A stretch of 46,041 bases of DNA from an uncultured delta proteobacterium. GTDB taxonomy: Bacteria; Desulfobacterota; Desulfobacteria; Desulfobacterales; SG8-13. The stretch lies in assembly GCA_963848135.1 (NCBI GenBank), contig CAWKCK010000015.1, positions 1 to 46,041 on the forward strand, written 5' to 3'. A program made the position numbers and the translations under genes. Each line of letters opens with the position of its first letter. The first letter of the stretch is position 1. Positions 1 to 9,158 of this stretch are shown piece after piece. Under the pieces are notes generated by a model. The model saw only the letters and a program-made list of their open reading frames with translations, was not told where the DNA came from and searched no databases.

Positions 1-1196
1 CAGTAAACAAATTTTCCATTTTCGTAAATGGTTATGTTGCGCCCGCCCTTCAAATGGGCGCTGACCCGTTTCTTCTCGGTGTTGACCAGGTCCCAATGGA
101 GTGCCGACTGGTTGACCCCCAATGCGTCTTTCCGGGAATCGTCGGGATCGACGGGTTTGCCCGCATACGCATCTGAATACGAGGCGCCCAGCGCCACATG
201 ACAATTGCCGTGTTGACCGCCGAAGTTTTCGTCGTACAGGGTATTGGCCATAAACGCGTTGATGTTCGAAAAACGCCGATCGGTCAGGGAAAATTCACCC
301 AGCCGGCGGGCCCCCGTGTCCATGTTTAACTGGCTGCGGACGAAAGCGGCGCCTTTTCGCGCCTCAATACGGACAACTGAACCCTTTTCAAATTCCAACC
401 GCACGCCGGAGACAAGATTACCACTGCGAAAGGAGGGCTGATCAGCGTAATACACGCCAGGGTCCCACGCCAGTCCGGGGAGATGAATACTTCAAAACTC
501 GGAATGTTGCGACCGGACACTCCGAGCCATTTTCTTTTATGTCCCGGAGTGATCGAAAGGTCGATGTTATTGGATTCGATATGAAATTTTTCGACCGTAG
601 GCCCGTTTAGCCATTTTTTGATGGCATGGACTTTTTGAAAAATGTCCTGCCAGGTTTTCACCGGTTCGGGTTGATCCAAAAAACATGCGGCGGCAATTTG
701 CTGGCTGTAGGATTTCAGAGACATTCTTGCATGCCTGGCAAGGGCCATGGTGGGAAAAACACAAAGGGTCCAGCTGAATTCGCCGCTTTCTTCGCGGCCG
801 TCAGTGTGTCTCGCAAGAAGTTTTTCGCCACCGCAGCTTTACCGATTTTTTTAGGATCGATACCACTCAAATGGGTGAGCGATTCCGGTGCATACACATA
901 ATGCTGCCATTTAAGTGGCGATACAAATTGTCTTCGCCCGGAGGAACAAAAGTCAACTGGCGGGCGTTTGAATGGGTATAGTAACTTTTTTCCATTTCCG
1001 GTGTATCCAGTACCCGCTGCACCGGATTCAAACCCGACTGGAGAAGCCTGTCAAAAAGAATATTGGCCAAGGGTTTTGCTGGTTGGTGAAAACGAAGGGC
1101 CACGACATCATACTTTTTAAATTTTTGCTTGCGTGCGGTTTTTAAACCCCACAAAAGGACATCGGCATAGTTTTCAAGCTCTTCTGGCGACAACAT
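1..1196 (-). CDS. Aminopeptidase, peptidase M29 family; split by three apparent 1-nt deletions (~900, ~798, ~459)
   Basis: ORFs 867-1196, 715-897 and 326-748 plus a final frame join into one protein: ENYADVLLWGL...GRNIPSFEVFISPDWRG...RRLGEFSL...NTLYDEN...HVALGASY...NQSALHWDLV...IYENGKFVY. The stop codon (TG.) is cut by the window edge. Confidence 0.85.
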
Positions 1197-1260
1197 GGAC
1201 TATCCTCTGGTCTGTAAACGGTATCCTCGGTTTTCTGCCATCCACTAAGATAATAATCGG

Positions 1261-1523
1261 TCAGGGATGGTCGTCTTTCAGAAACAGGCGGTGATACTCT
1301 GACTCGTCCAGGTGATTCCGAAGCAGGCGCGAGATCGACCGAAAAGCTCTCCCAACTCTTCATCGGTAAGGCGTTCGGTCACGCTCTGGAGAACCTGGTC
1401 GTCGGAGAATTTTTCCAGGTAGTACTTGACGGTGTTTTCATCTGTTTCACGGTTGAGCCCGAATCCGACAAGTCCCTTATAAGTTTCGACGAATTTATGG
1501 GAGTGAACAGCCATAACGCCCAT
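1261..1523 (-). CDS. Small hypothetical cytoplasmic protein (~87 aa), apparent frameshift near 1340
   Basis: AAGGAG RBS before ATG 1523. The ORF-track C-terminus looks out of frame; shifting at ~1340 gives SISRLLRNHLDESEYHRLFLKDDHP* ending at 1261. Confidence 0.65.
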
Positions 1524-1637
1524 GCTCCTTATACTTACATGGAAGAGGGTAGGGATTTTAGATCGGCAACAATCCCATCCAGTTAGGGTTATCAGAGTAA
1601 AACGCCCGCCATTAACTATCTTGTGGCATTCGGGGAA

Positions 1638-1666
1638 ACTCTATTCAAATAAACACTTGGGGTCAA
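1638..1666 (-). promoter_or_regulatory. Putative sigma70 promoter for the small protein/aminopeptidase genes
   Basis: Minus strand TTGACC-N17-TAGAGT. Confidence 0.45.
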
Positions 1667-1792
1667 GCCGAGATGCGCCTTATGAAGCCGTGTTGTTGTC
1701 GTGAACATGCTGTGCGATAGGCCTTTCGGTAGGATATACAGTCGTGAGAATACAGTACCGCATTTCCACGGCTTTGCAAGGGAACTCACCCT

Positions 1793-2743
1793 ATGAGATC
1801 GATGGATGACGCCGAGCGATATCGGAACGATATGCTATCCGATTGTGCGTATTTCACCAGTGATGAGGGCATCTCCATCCGGTATCACCACTGGCTGAAT
1901 ACCAAAAGCCGTCCGAACGGCACCGTTATCTTGCTGGGTGGCCGCAAAGAATTCCTGGAAAAATATAACGAAACGGCGGGCGATCTTAACCGGATGGGTT
2001 TTGATGTATACAGTTTCGATTGGCGCGGGCAGGGGCTTTCGACGCGAATGCTTTCGGACCGGTCCAGGGGTTTTATTCTGGACTACAACGAGTACCTGCA
2101 CGACTTGCAAGTGTTTTTCGATACGGTTATCCCTGCGAACACCCGGCGACCAATTTACTTCCTGGCTCATTCCATGGGCGCACACCTTGCCATACGGTTT
2201 TTACATCGCCGCCGCACAGGGATCGACGGCGCCGCTCTATCGGCGCCAATGATCGATATCTTCACAGCTCCCTATCCGAGTTGGCTGGTCAAGCTTTTGA
2301 TTCAGATGGCGGTTAAATCCGGCCGTCGAGATGCCGTAGTGCCGGGAAGCCGCAAGCGGTCGGAAAGGGATTGGCACTTTGAGGGCAATCCTTTGACGTC
2401 GGATAAGAAAAGGTTTCAAGCAGAGAAAGGAGCGTTGGAGGCCAATCCCGCATTGGCTGTGGACGCTGTAACCTTTGGCTGGTTGGCGGCCACGATGAAC
2501 TCGATAGATTGTTTTAAAACGCCCGGTTATCTGGAAGAGATTAAAACACCGGTACTGATGGTTTGTGCCGGCGAAGATAGGATTGTATCAGTCAGCGCCC
2601 AAATGGAGGCTTGCGCCCGATTGCCCGATTGCCGTCTGGTGACCATTCCGACGTCGCGGCATGAGATCCTTATGGAAAACGATGCCATTCGGGTGACGTT
2701 CTGGCAAGCCTTCAGAAAGTTTACGGGCGTTGGCCGGCCATGA
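1793..2743 (+). CDS. Alpha/beta hydrolase, lysophospholipase L2 (PldB)-like
   Basis: GRKEFLEKY, FDWRGQGLS, nucleophile elbow AHSMGA, RHEILME. Confidence 0.8.
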   Translation: MRSMDDAERYRNDMLSDCAYFTSDEGISIRYHHWLNTKSRPNGTVILLGGRKEFLEKYNETAGDLNRMGFDVYSFDWRGQGLSTRMLSDRSRGFILDYNEYLHDLQVFFDTVIPANTRRPIYFLAHSMGAHLAIRFLHRRRTGIDGAALSAPMIDIFTAPYPSWLVKLLIQMAVKSGRRDAVVPGSRKRSERDWHFEGNPLTSDKKRFQAEKGALEANPALAVDAVTFGWLAATMNSIDCFKTPGYLEEIKTPVLMVCAGEDRIVSVSAQMEACARLPDCRLVTIPTSRHEILMENDAIRVTFWQAFRKFTGVGRP

Positions 2744-2843
2744 CCGACAACCTGTGAAGATGCTGCAACTCTCGGCAAAAGGGTTTGTGACTATTCCTGT
2801 CGAAAGGAACGCCGCTAAATCGGTTCTCGTCACCTACCACCGG

Positions 2844-3647
2844 TCAGCCGATCAGTTTTTGTGTTAACATTTTAACCGCCTCGAGGTATTCGGACAGACC
2901 CCGTGCAAATATATCGTTGTGGTTCGCGCCGGGAATCGTCAAGATGGTTTTGTTCTTGGAGGGGCTGGCATCGTATAGGGCTTTTCCGTCTGAGAAAGGG
3001 ATGATGTGGTCGAATTCGGCGTGAATGATAAGGGTTGGCTTGTCAATGGTTTTGATTTTATCGATATTGCCAAAGCCCGTTTCTTCCTTGAATCCCACTG
3101 CCGCCGGTGAAATGCCCAAGAGCTGCAAGAGCGGCGCAGCAAAGGCGAATCCACTTTCGATGATCAATCCGTCTATTTGGGACACTTGACGGCTTGCCAG
3201 TTCCAAGGCCGAGGCACTGCCGAGCGAGCGTCCCATCACTGCCAGGGGGCCTTTGAAACCATTTTTCTCCAACCAGTCCCTGGTCCAATTCAGGATGACG
3301 TGGCAGTCTTGCATCATGGCCGTTACCGTGGGGCTGCCTTTCGATCGTCCGTAGCCGCGGTAGTCGACGGCCAAAAAATTGATGCCCATCTTGTTGTAGA
3401 GCGGCCCCAGGTCAGCATAATCCGCGACGATCTCACCATTACCGTGAAAGAAGAGAATGTTCGTCCCCGACGGATTCGCCGCATGGAAACATGCCCCGAC
3501 GGCAACAGACTCTTCCACCGGTATCATGACTTCATGGGCTGGTGGGCCGGTGGGCGTGTGTCCATAATCGGGACGGGGATGAAAAAGGACCGACAGAATT
3601 TCCGGCTGATCGATGATGCCATAGTCGGGTACACGCTGTTCTGTCAT
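2844..3647 (-). CDS. Alpha/beta hydrolase
   Basis: FFHGNGE, DYRGYGRS, GRSLG elbow, IHAEFDHIIP, GANHND. Confidence 0.85.
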   Translation of the reverse strand: MTEQRVPDYGIIDQPEILSVLFHPRPDYGHTPTGPPAHEVMIPVEESVAVGACFHAANPSGTNILFFHGNGEIVADYADLGPLYNKMGINFLAVDYRGYGRSKGSPTVTAMMQDCHVILNWTRDWLEKNGFKGPLAVMGRSLGSASALELASRQVSQIDGLIIESGFAFAAPLLQLLGISPAAVGFKEETGFGNIDKIKTIDKPTLIIHAEFDHIIPFSDGKALYDASPSKNKTILTIPGANHNDIFARGLSEYLEAVKMLTQKLIG

Positions 3648-3757
3648 TTTATGTCATTCCTTTTGGGGGATGATTGGCAATTATTCGAGGACAAACCGTG
3701 CGTTGCCTGCGTTAAAGCCTGTCTGAAATGGAAAGAGAGATCCGTTTCGGCCGTTTA

Positions 3758-4159
3758 TCATTGAAAATGGTCGTGAGAAAGGTTTTGGCTCTCTTTCCAC
3801 AACTCGAAACGTCTTCTGATGAAGCGTTTGGCATGGTAGCGGGTCTCGGGAATCAGGAGTAACAGCCCCGCAGCATCGGTAATAAAACCGGGCGTGAGCA
3901 AGACAACACCGGCAATGAAAATCAGCACGGCGTCCAACAGTTCTTCGGTCGGCAAATGTCCCTGCTGCATGCTCAACCGGACTTTCAGCATGGTTTGCAA
4001 TCCTTGCATGCGCGCCAAATAGGCACCGGCAAAGCCGGTGGCAATGACAATCACAACAGTCTTGGCGATCCCAATTTGACTGCCGACCTTTATCAGCAAG
4101 TAGATTTCGGCGACGGGTATGAGGGTAAACGCGAGAAAGAGTTTGAGCAACATTGGCAT
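3758..4159 (-). CDS. fxsA: FxsA family membrane protein
   Basis: IPVAEIYLLIKVG and LLTPGFITDAAG family signatures; hydrophobic. Confidence 0.88.
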   Translation of the reverse strand: MPMLLKLFLAFTLIPVAEIYLLIKVGSQIGIAKTVVIVIATGFAGAYLARMQGLQTMLKVRLSMQQGHLPTEELLDAVLIFIAGVVLLTPGFITDAAGLLLLIPETRYHAKRFIRRRFELWKESQNLSHDHFQ

Positions 4160-4232
4160 CGTGGTAGAGTATTATCTGAACCGTGCATGAAAAATAAGAC
4201 GAAATATGCGTCAGAGGCACAAGGTCCAGATG

Positions 4233-4436
4233 TTAATCAAAATCGAAATCTTCCGTGCCGCTTATATCACGTTGATTCAAGAATTCACAGTATTCTTCAG
4301 CCCGCCGTTGCGCCAGTGATTTTTTGCCGATTCGTGTGTGGGGCTCTTTGTGAAAAGACGCGATCAGCGTATTCGTTCCGTTTTCTGATTCCATTACTTG
4401 AAATCCCCCTTCGAAATGCCTGACGACAAATTTCAT
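4233..4436 (-). CDS. Small hypothetical protein (67 aa)
   Basis: GAGGTGG RBS-like sequence upstream, co-oriented with neighbours, protein-like composition. Confidence 0.55.
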   Translation of the reverse strand: MKFVVRHFEGGFQVMESENGTNTLIASFHKEPHTRIGKKSLAQRRAEEYCEFLNQRDISGTEDFDFD

Positions 4437-4582
4437 TTCACCACCTCATCGCTGATTGTAATCCGTAATCACAATAGGTACCTTTACCCTGTATTGTACC
4501 AATAAGCCCCATTGATGCACAAGCGGAAGGTTTTTTTTCTGCGGCTTGAGTCAATCTATACAAGGTCATAACGGCGTACTGA

Positions 4583-5479
4583 TCAGGGAATGGCCGTTAG
4601 CTGGTCAACGATTCGGTTGTAAGCCTTCAGATCTTTCAGCCACTGGTCAGGAATGGCCTGTCGGCCCAAGTGTGCCCCAAGGATCATGCCGACCGCCATG
4701 CCCCGCGCAGCGGAATCTCCGCCCGCCATGACATTTTCAATCAATGCTGATTTCAAGTCGTTTTCGTAAGTCGTTGATAGGTGAATGACACCGGGCAGCG
4801 CAGCGGCAGTGTCGCACGTCTGACCGAAAGCCTTGATCGTTGCACGGGTCTGATTTCCGCTGGTCGCCAGTCCTTTATCGATTAATTTCTGCAGCCGAGG
4901 TCTGGTAGGGGCCGCCGTCCTGAATGCCGCGGAAGGCGCTGTGCCTTGGAGTACATTTAGAACGACATCGGCCAAGTATTCGGCGCTTTCAACAACCAGG
5001 GGATCATTGTGTGTCATGGCCGTTTGTTTTCTGGCATCGGATAATAGTTGTTCACGATTTTTTCTAAGGGTAAAGATCAACGGTGCAATTCTGACCGCAC
5101 CGCCAAGTTCGGTCGACCCGGATCCGGATGCTGTCGGATCCTTTCCGGCCGCAATATTTTTCAATGTATCCTTGGTGGCGTGATCACGGTAGCCTGAGTA
5201 ATCATCCATAAATGACTGCCAACTCCGGGCAAAATGCTCGATGTGAAACCCCTTGTTGGCGGCAATGGAATCCAACAGCACTTGGGACTGGTCGCCATAG
5301 TGCGTGAGTTCACCGGCTTTCTTGGTGCGATGGAATGAGTTTTCGGGTGGTTTTCTCAGGTTATCCACGCGACCGATATCGTTGTCGATTACCGCCGTAT
5401 CGTATATCCAGTGAGCCCCCAAGGCCAACGCGTCGGCCGCAAAAGATGCCAAGACCATGGCTTCAGCCTGTTCTTTCAT
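4583..5479 (-). CDS. ADP-ribosylglycohydrolase family protein (J1-crystallin/SelJ-like branch)
   Basis: ADALALGAHWIYD, THYGDQ, MTHN, AGGDSAARG, IPDQW; AGGAGG RBS. Confidence 0.85.
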   Translation of the reverse strand: MKEQAEAMVLASFAADALALGAHWIYDTAVIDNDIGRVDNLRKPPENSFHRTKKAGELTHYGDQSQVLLDSIAANKGFHIEHFARSWQSFMDDYSGYRDHATKDTLKNIAAGKDPTASGSGSTELGGAVRIAPLIFTLRKNREQLLSDARKQTAMTHNDPLVVESAEYLADVVLNVLQGTAPSAAFRTAAPTRPRLQKLIDKGLATSGNQTRATIKAFGQTCDTAAALPGVIHLSTTYENDLKSALIENVMAGGDSAARGMAVGMILGAHLGRQAIPDQWLKDLKAYNRIVDQLTAIP

Positions 5480-5493
5480 TTTTGTGCCTCCTT

Positions 5494-5844
5494 TTATTTA
5501 TCATCTTTAAGCAACGCATCCAGCGGCGTTTTGGGTTTTAAATCCGCGGCATCAGTTCCGAAGAAATCAACTGTAATGATCTGGTCACAGAGTTCTTTCA
5601 AGCGCTTGCCCACCGCCAAATGGGCCGGATGCTGCTGGTAGCGTTGCAGCGCCTCCTGGTTGGCAAAAAGTGAGACAATTGCAAAATCATAAGATCGCGT
5701 CGTATGGAGAATATCACGGCCGAACTCGTACATTTGAATCTCGACGATGACATTGGGCAAATCGTCCAGGGCCACTTCCAGGTTGTCGATATCAGATTCG
5801 GAAACGCCGGGCTTGAACTTCATTAAAACCAGGTGGTTCAGCAT
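5494..5844 (-). CDS. Dabb family (stress-responsive A/B barrel) protein
   Basis: HLVLMKFK...YQQHPAH...VDF. Confidence 0.88.
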   Translation of the reverse strand: MLNHLVLMKFKPGVSESDIDNLEVALDDLPNVIVEIQMYEFGRDILHTTRSYDFAIVSLFANQEALQRYQQHPAHLAVGKRLKELCDQIITVDFFGTDAADLKPKTPLDALLKDDK

Positions 5845-5857
5845 GTCATCGCTCCTT

Positions 5858-6223
5858 TCAATGCGGCAGTGTTACTGTGGTTTCTTTCCCGCCATAACCA
5901 TGAACTGAACAATGGCCTCTCGCAGAAACCTGACTTACGGTTGCAGCGACCGATACGTTTGTCAGGCTGCGCGTGAATGGTTGCTCGTCCACATGGGGGT
6001 GAAAGAGGGTTCGGGTGCCGAGAATGGTCCTGTCCGGCCCGATGATCTCCCATTTGTCGGCATAGTGTTCCCAACCCGAATCATCGTGTTTCACCGTGAC
6101 TGAAAAAGTGAATGACTCTGCGCCGGTTTTTACAACCTCAACCTCCAGGACGTCGGCTTCACCGGCCAAAACAGATCCTGTCGCTGTGAATAGGATCATG
6201 AGCATAATCGCGATAGATTTCAT
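5858..6223 (-). CDS. Exported hypothetical protein
   Basis: GAGGAG RBS, ATG 6223, signal-peptide-like MKSIAIMLMILFTATGSVLA, His-rich motifs HDDSGWEHYAD, HPHVDEQPFTRS, HCSVHG. Confidence 0.75.
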   Translation of the reverse strand: MKSIAIMLMILFTATGSVLAGEADVLEVEVVKTGAESFTFSVTVKHDDSGWEHYADKWEIIGPDRTILGTRTLFHPHVDEQPFTRSLTNVSVAATVSQVSARGHCSVHGYGGKETTVTLPH

Positions 6224-6617
6224 AAGTTGCACTCCTCGAATATGGTTCGATTAACGTTACCAAAGCCGATCGGGGTCTATGATCTAAATTTTAAATCAGA
6301 TAGAAATCTAATATGAGTCGAGGCGAGACATCGCTAAAAAAAACGGCCCGAATTATTCAAAAACCATAAGGTTATAATTGAAAAGATCAACCCGATTCCC
6401 TGATGAAAACCTTTCAGATGACCCCACAAAAAGATTTTATACAGACATGCTGGGATTCGCCGGGGCCAAAAACCACGCTGGACGCGGATTGACTTTGAAA
6501 ATGTTTGATTTTTCCAATTCGTTATATTATTTCCTATTCGGATTCGACGGCCGGAATGACGCATCCTGAGCGGTTTTCGCTGTCCCGATCGTTTACAAGC
6601 AACCCAAGGAGTTGGCC

Positions 6618-7169
6618 ATGGCCCAGTGTGTCGTGCTTAACGCGGACTACTCTTTCCTAAACGTGGTGGATTGGAAACGGGCTGTTTGTCTACTGGTAAA
6701 AGACAAGGTCAAAGTGCTGCGATATTCAAGTAAAACCGTCATGACCGGTGAGGGTCTGTCTGTCAGGGTGCCTCTCGTAATCAAACTTGTCAAGTTCATC
6801 CGAATGGTTTACCGGGCACGGGTTCCTTTCAGTAAAAAAAACGTTCTGATCAGAGACGGGTTTAAATGTGCTTACTGCCAGAGCCCTCATGGACGGTTGA
6901 CCATCGATCACATTGTCCCTAAATCCAGGGGGGGGCGGACGGAGTTTGAAAATTGCGTGACCGCATGCAGGGAATGCAACCATAAAAAGGGCAACCAGAT
7001 GCCCAGTGAAGCCAAGATGTACCCCCAATTAAAAGCCTATCAACCCACGATATCCGAATTCCTGCAGCGCAAGGTAAAGCAGCTGGGTATTGAAGAAATG
7101 CTGCAAGATATGATAGAATATCTATCTCGGCCAGAAATTCCGCGGGAACATTCCCGCCATGTCTATTAA
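6618..7169 (+). CDS. HNH endonuclease (McrA-like)
   Basis: RDGFKCAYC, TIDHIVPKSRGG, NCVTACRECNHKKG; AAGGAG RBS before ATG 6618. Confidence 0.9.
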   Translation: MAQCVVLNADYSFLNVVDWKRAVCLLVKDKVKVLRYSSKTVMTGEGLSVRVPLVIKLVKFIRMVYRARVPFSKKNVLIRDGFKCAYCQSPHGRLTIDHIVPKSRGGRTEFENCVTACRECNHKKGNQMPSEAKMYPQLKAYQPTISEFLQRKVKQLGIEEMLQDMIEYLSRPEIPREHSRHVY

Positions 7170-7195
7170 TTGCCAATTTTTGAACAGGGGAAAAT

Positions 7196-8617
7196 ATGAA
7201 AGTTATTGTTCTGGGTACCGGATACGTTGGTCTCGTGCATGCCGCCGTTTGCTCTGAATATGGTCACGAGGTGTATGCCTACGACAACAACCAGGAAAAA
7301 CTGAACGCGTTTGCAACTGGAAAACCACAGGAAATAGAACGGTTTGTCAACGAGCCTGGGTTGGTGAACGTCATTCGGGAAACCATAGACCGATACCTTT
7401 TCTTTTCGTCCGATCTGGCGTCGATCATCGAGGGGACGGATGCCGTTTTCATGTGCTTGCCAACCCCGCCGAACTTAGACGGTTCCACCAACCTCACATT
7501 TTATGATGCTGCCGCCGAGCACCTTGCCGAACTCCTGGAAAAACGCAAAGATAAACGTCGCGTGGTCATCATCAACAAAAGTACGGTTCCGATTGGAACC
7601 GCGCGTCACCTCGAACAGATCATGGTTTCCCACCGGGTTAAAAATTTTGGTGTGTCATCGAATCCGGAGTTTCTGGCGGAGGGCACAGCCGTTATGCAGG
7701 CCCGCCGACCGGACCGGGTTGTAGTCGGCTGCGACGATCAACAGGATTTTAATATTCTGAGCCGGGTTTACTCCCAATTCGTTAACCATGTACGCATTAA
7801 ATACATAGAAACCACACCAGAAACCGCCGAGGCCATTAAATATGTGGCCAATACCATGCTGCTGACCTATATTTCCTTCTGGAACGGAGTGGGCGCAAAG
7901 ATCGGGGAAAAATTTCCCAATATTGTCATCGATGATTTGAGATTGGGCGTGACCTCCGATGAGCGCATCAGCACCTGGGGGTCTTTCGTCAGCAACGGGG
8001 CCGGTGGTAGCTGCTTCGGTAAAGACATCGCCTCGTTGATAAATCAGCTTCGCAGGGTGAATGTCAGTACCAAAATGCTGGAAGCGTCATACGAGGTGAA
8101 CGAATTTCAGAAAGTGTATCTTGTCGACCGGGCCATCACCGAAGCCGGGTTCAAATTCAACAACAAAACCATCACGGTTCTCGGTCTGGCCTTCAAAAAG
8201 CACACCAACGACATGCGCGATGCTTCTTCCATCAAGGTGGTTGAGTCATTACTCGGCAAAGGTGCTGCTCGAATACAGGCCTACGATCCATTGGCTAACG
8301 ATGCCGCCCAGGCGGTTTTCGATCCCTCCAAGAACATTCTTTTCGAAAAAATCGCCTATTTTGACAGTGCCAAGGAAGCCATCGAAGGTTCCGATGCCCT
8401 GTTCATATCATCCGACTGTGAAGAGTTCCGGGGATTATCCCGCACAGTTGAAAAGCTGGTAAAGCCCCCCTACTTGGTAATGGATGGCCGGCGGATGATA
8501 CCGGATTTCGAGGATTTGATATCCCGGAATTATACCTACCTTGCGGTCGGCGCGATGGCGATGGGACCCACCCCATGCGAGACTGAGAAGGTGATCCCGC
8601 TAAAGCAATCCGCTTGA
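7196..8617 (+). CDS. ugd: UDP-glucose/GDP-mannose dehydrogenase family protein
   Basis: Rossmann GTGYVG, KSTVPIGT, NPEFLAEG, catalytic GGSCFGKD, GLAFK. Confidence 0.9.
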   Translation: MKVIVLGTGYVGLVHAAVCSEYGHEVYAYDNNQEKLNAFATGKPQEIERFVNEPGLVNVIRETIDRYLFFSSDLASIIEGTDAVFMCLPTPPNLDGSTNLTFYDAAAEHLAELLEKRKDKRRVVIINKSTVPIGTARHLEQIMVSHRVKNFGVSSNPEFLAEGTAVMQARRPDRVVVGCDDQQDFNILSRVYSQFVNHVRIKYIETTPETAEAIKYVANTMLLTYISFWNGVGAKIGEKFPNIVIDDLRLGVTSDERISTWGSFVSNGAGGSCFGKDIASLINQLRRVNVSTKMLEASYEVNEFQKVYLVDRAITEAGFKFNNKTITVLGLAFKKHTNDMRDASSIKVVESLLGKGAARIQAYDPLANDAAQAVFDPSKNILFEKIAYFDSAKEAIEGSDALFISSDCEEFRGLSRTVEKLVKPPYLVMDGRRMIPDFEDLISRNYTYLAVGAMAMGPTPCETEKVIPLKQSA

Positions 8618-8633
8618 ACTGCAATCATCTTCC

Positions 8634-8800
8634 AAGTGGTTTCAAAACCTTAGTTCACGCCCAAGTGCAAGACGTGGATCGAAGAAAAAACTCAGCATAC
8701 ATGGGCGTATGTATTCAGTGTCATGGGCAGGGCCCATGACACTGACCAAGGAGGACCACAACACCGCAATTGGGTGTCAGATAGGGCTTTGATTTCACAT
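8634..8800. repeat. ~165-nt fold-back (MITE/REP-like) element with a nested perfect hairpin
   Basis: Imperfect terminal pairing TCAAAACCTTA / TAGGGCTTTGA; ACGCCCAA / TTGGGTGT; CATAC / GTATG; perfect 14-bp stem TCAGTGTCATGGGC-agg-GCCCATGACACTGA at 8715-8745. Confidence 0.6.
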
Positions 8801-8868
8801 CTCGGCACAGATGCCGCTCCATAGAAACCGTTTCGGCGGTTGAATCCAGCCGCCGGATGGCACCATTG

Positions 8869-8902
8869 GTGCCCCTGGACAACATTGCCAAGGGCACTTT
8901 TT
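8869..8902 (+). terminator. Putative intrinsic terminator downstream of ugd
   Basis: GTGCCCcTGG...CCAaGGGCAC stem followed by TTTTT. Confidence 0.6.
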
Positions 8903-8992
8903 GCACCCGCCGACCGCGTTATTTCCTCCGACAAAAATTTTTCCTGGCACATGCTGATAAAGTGGCGACTGCTTTGCGGATATCGTATTTGC

Positions 8993-9021
8993 TTGACACC
9001 AAATCGTTTGTTGAGTACAAA
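8993..9021 (+). promoter_or_regulatory. Putative sigma70 promoter of the ileS operon
   Basis: TTGACA-N17-TACAAA about 140 nt upstream of ileS. Confidence 0.55.
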
Positions 9022-9158
9022 TTTCCGCTTCATACCGCTTTTCAACAATATAATCCGAAATACGGAAGGGTGGTATACGTGGTTGTAGGTCAAACTTTCG
9101 AGATGCGGAACATATTTGTGACAGCCACTATATATCAACATCCGAATTTGGAGGCGTA

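Noticed and set aside
6334..6569. Short ORFs 6378-6569 (+) and 6334-6564 (-)
   Set aside because: No RBS, atypical composition, located in a divergent promoter region.
6618..7169. IscB/HEARO-type RNA-guided nuclease
   Set aside because: Only 183 aa, with no PLMP or RuvC motifs and no IS200/605-like ends; it fits the ordinary McrA-like HNH family.
9065..9078. Canonical T-box riboswitch for ileS
   Set aside because: UGGNACC is imperfect and Stem I, specifier loop and terminator are missing. Kept only as a generic structured-leader finding.
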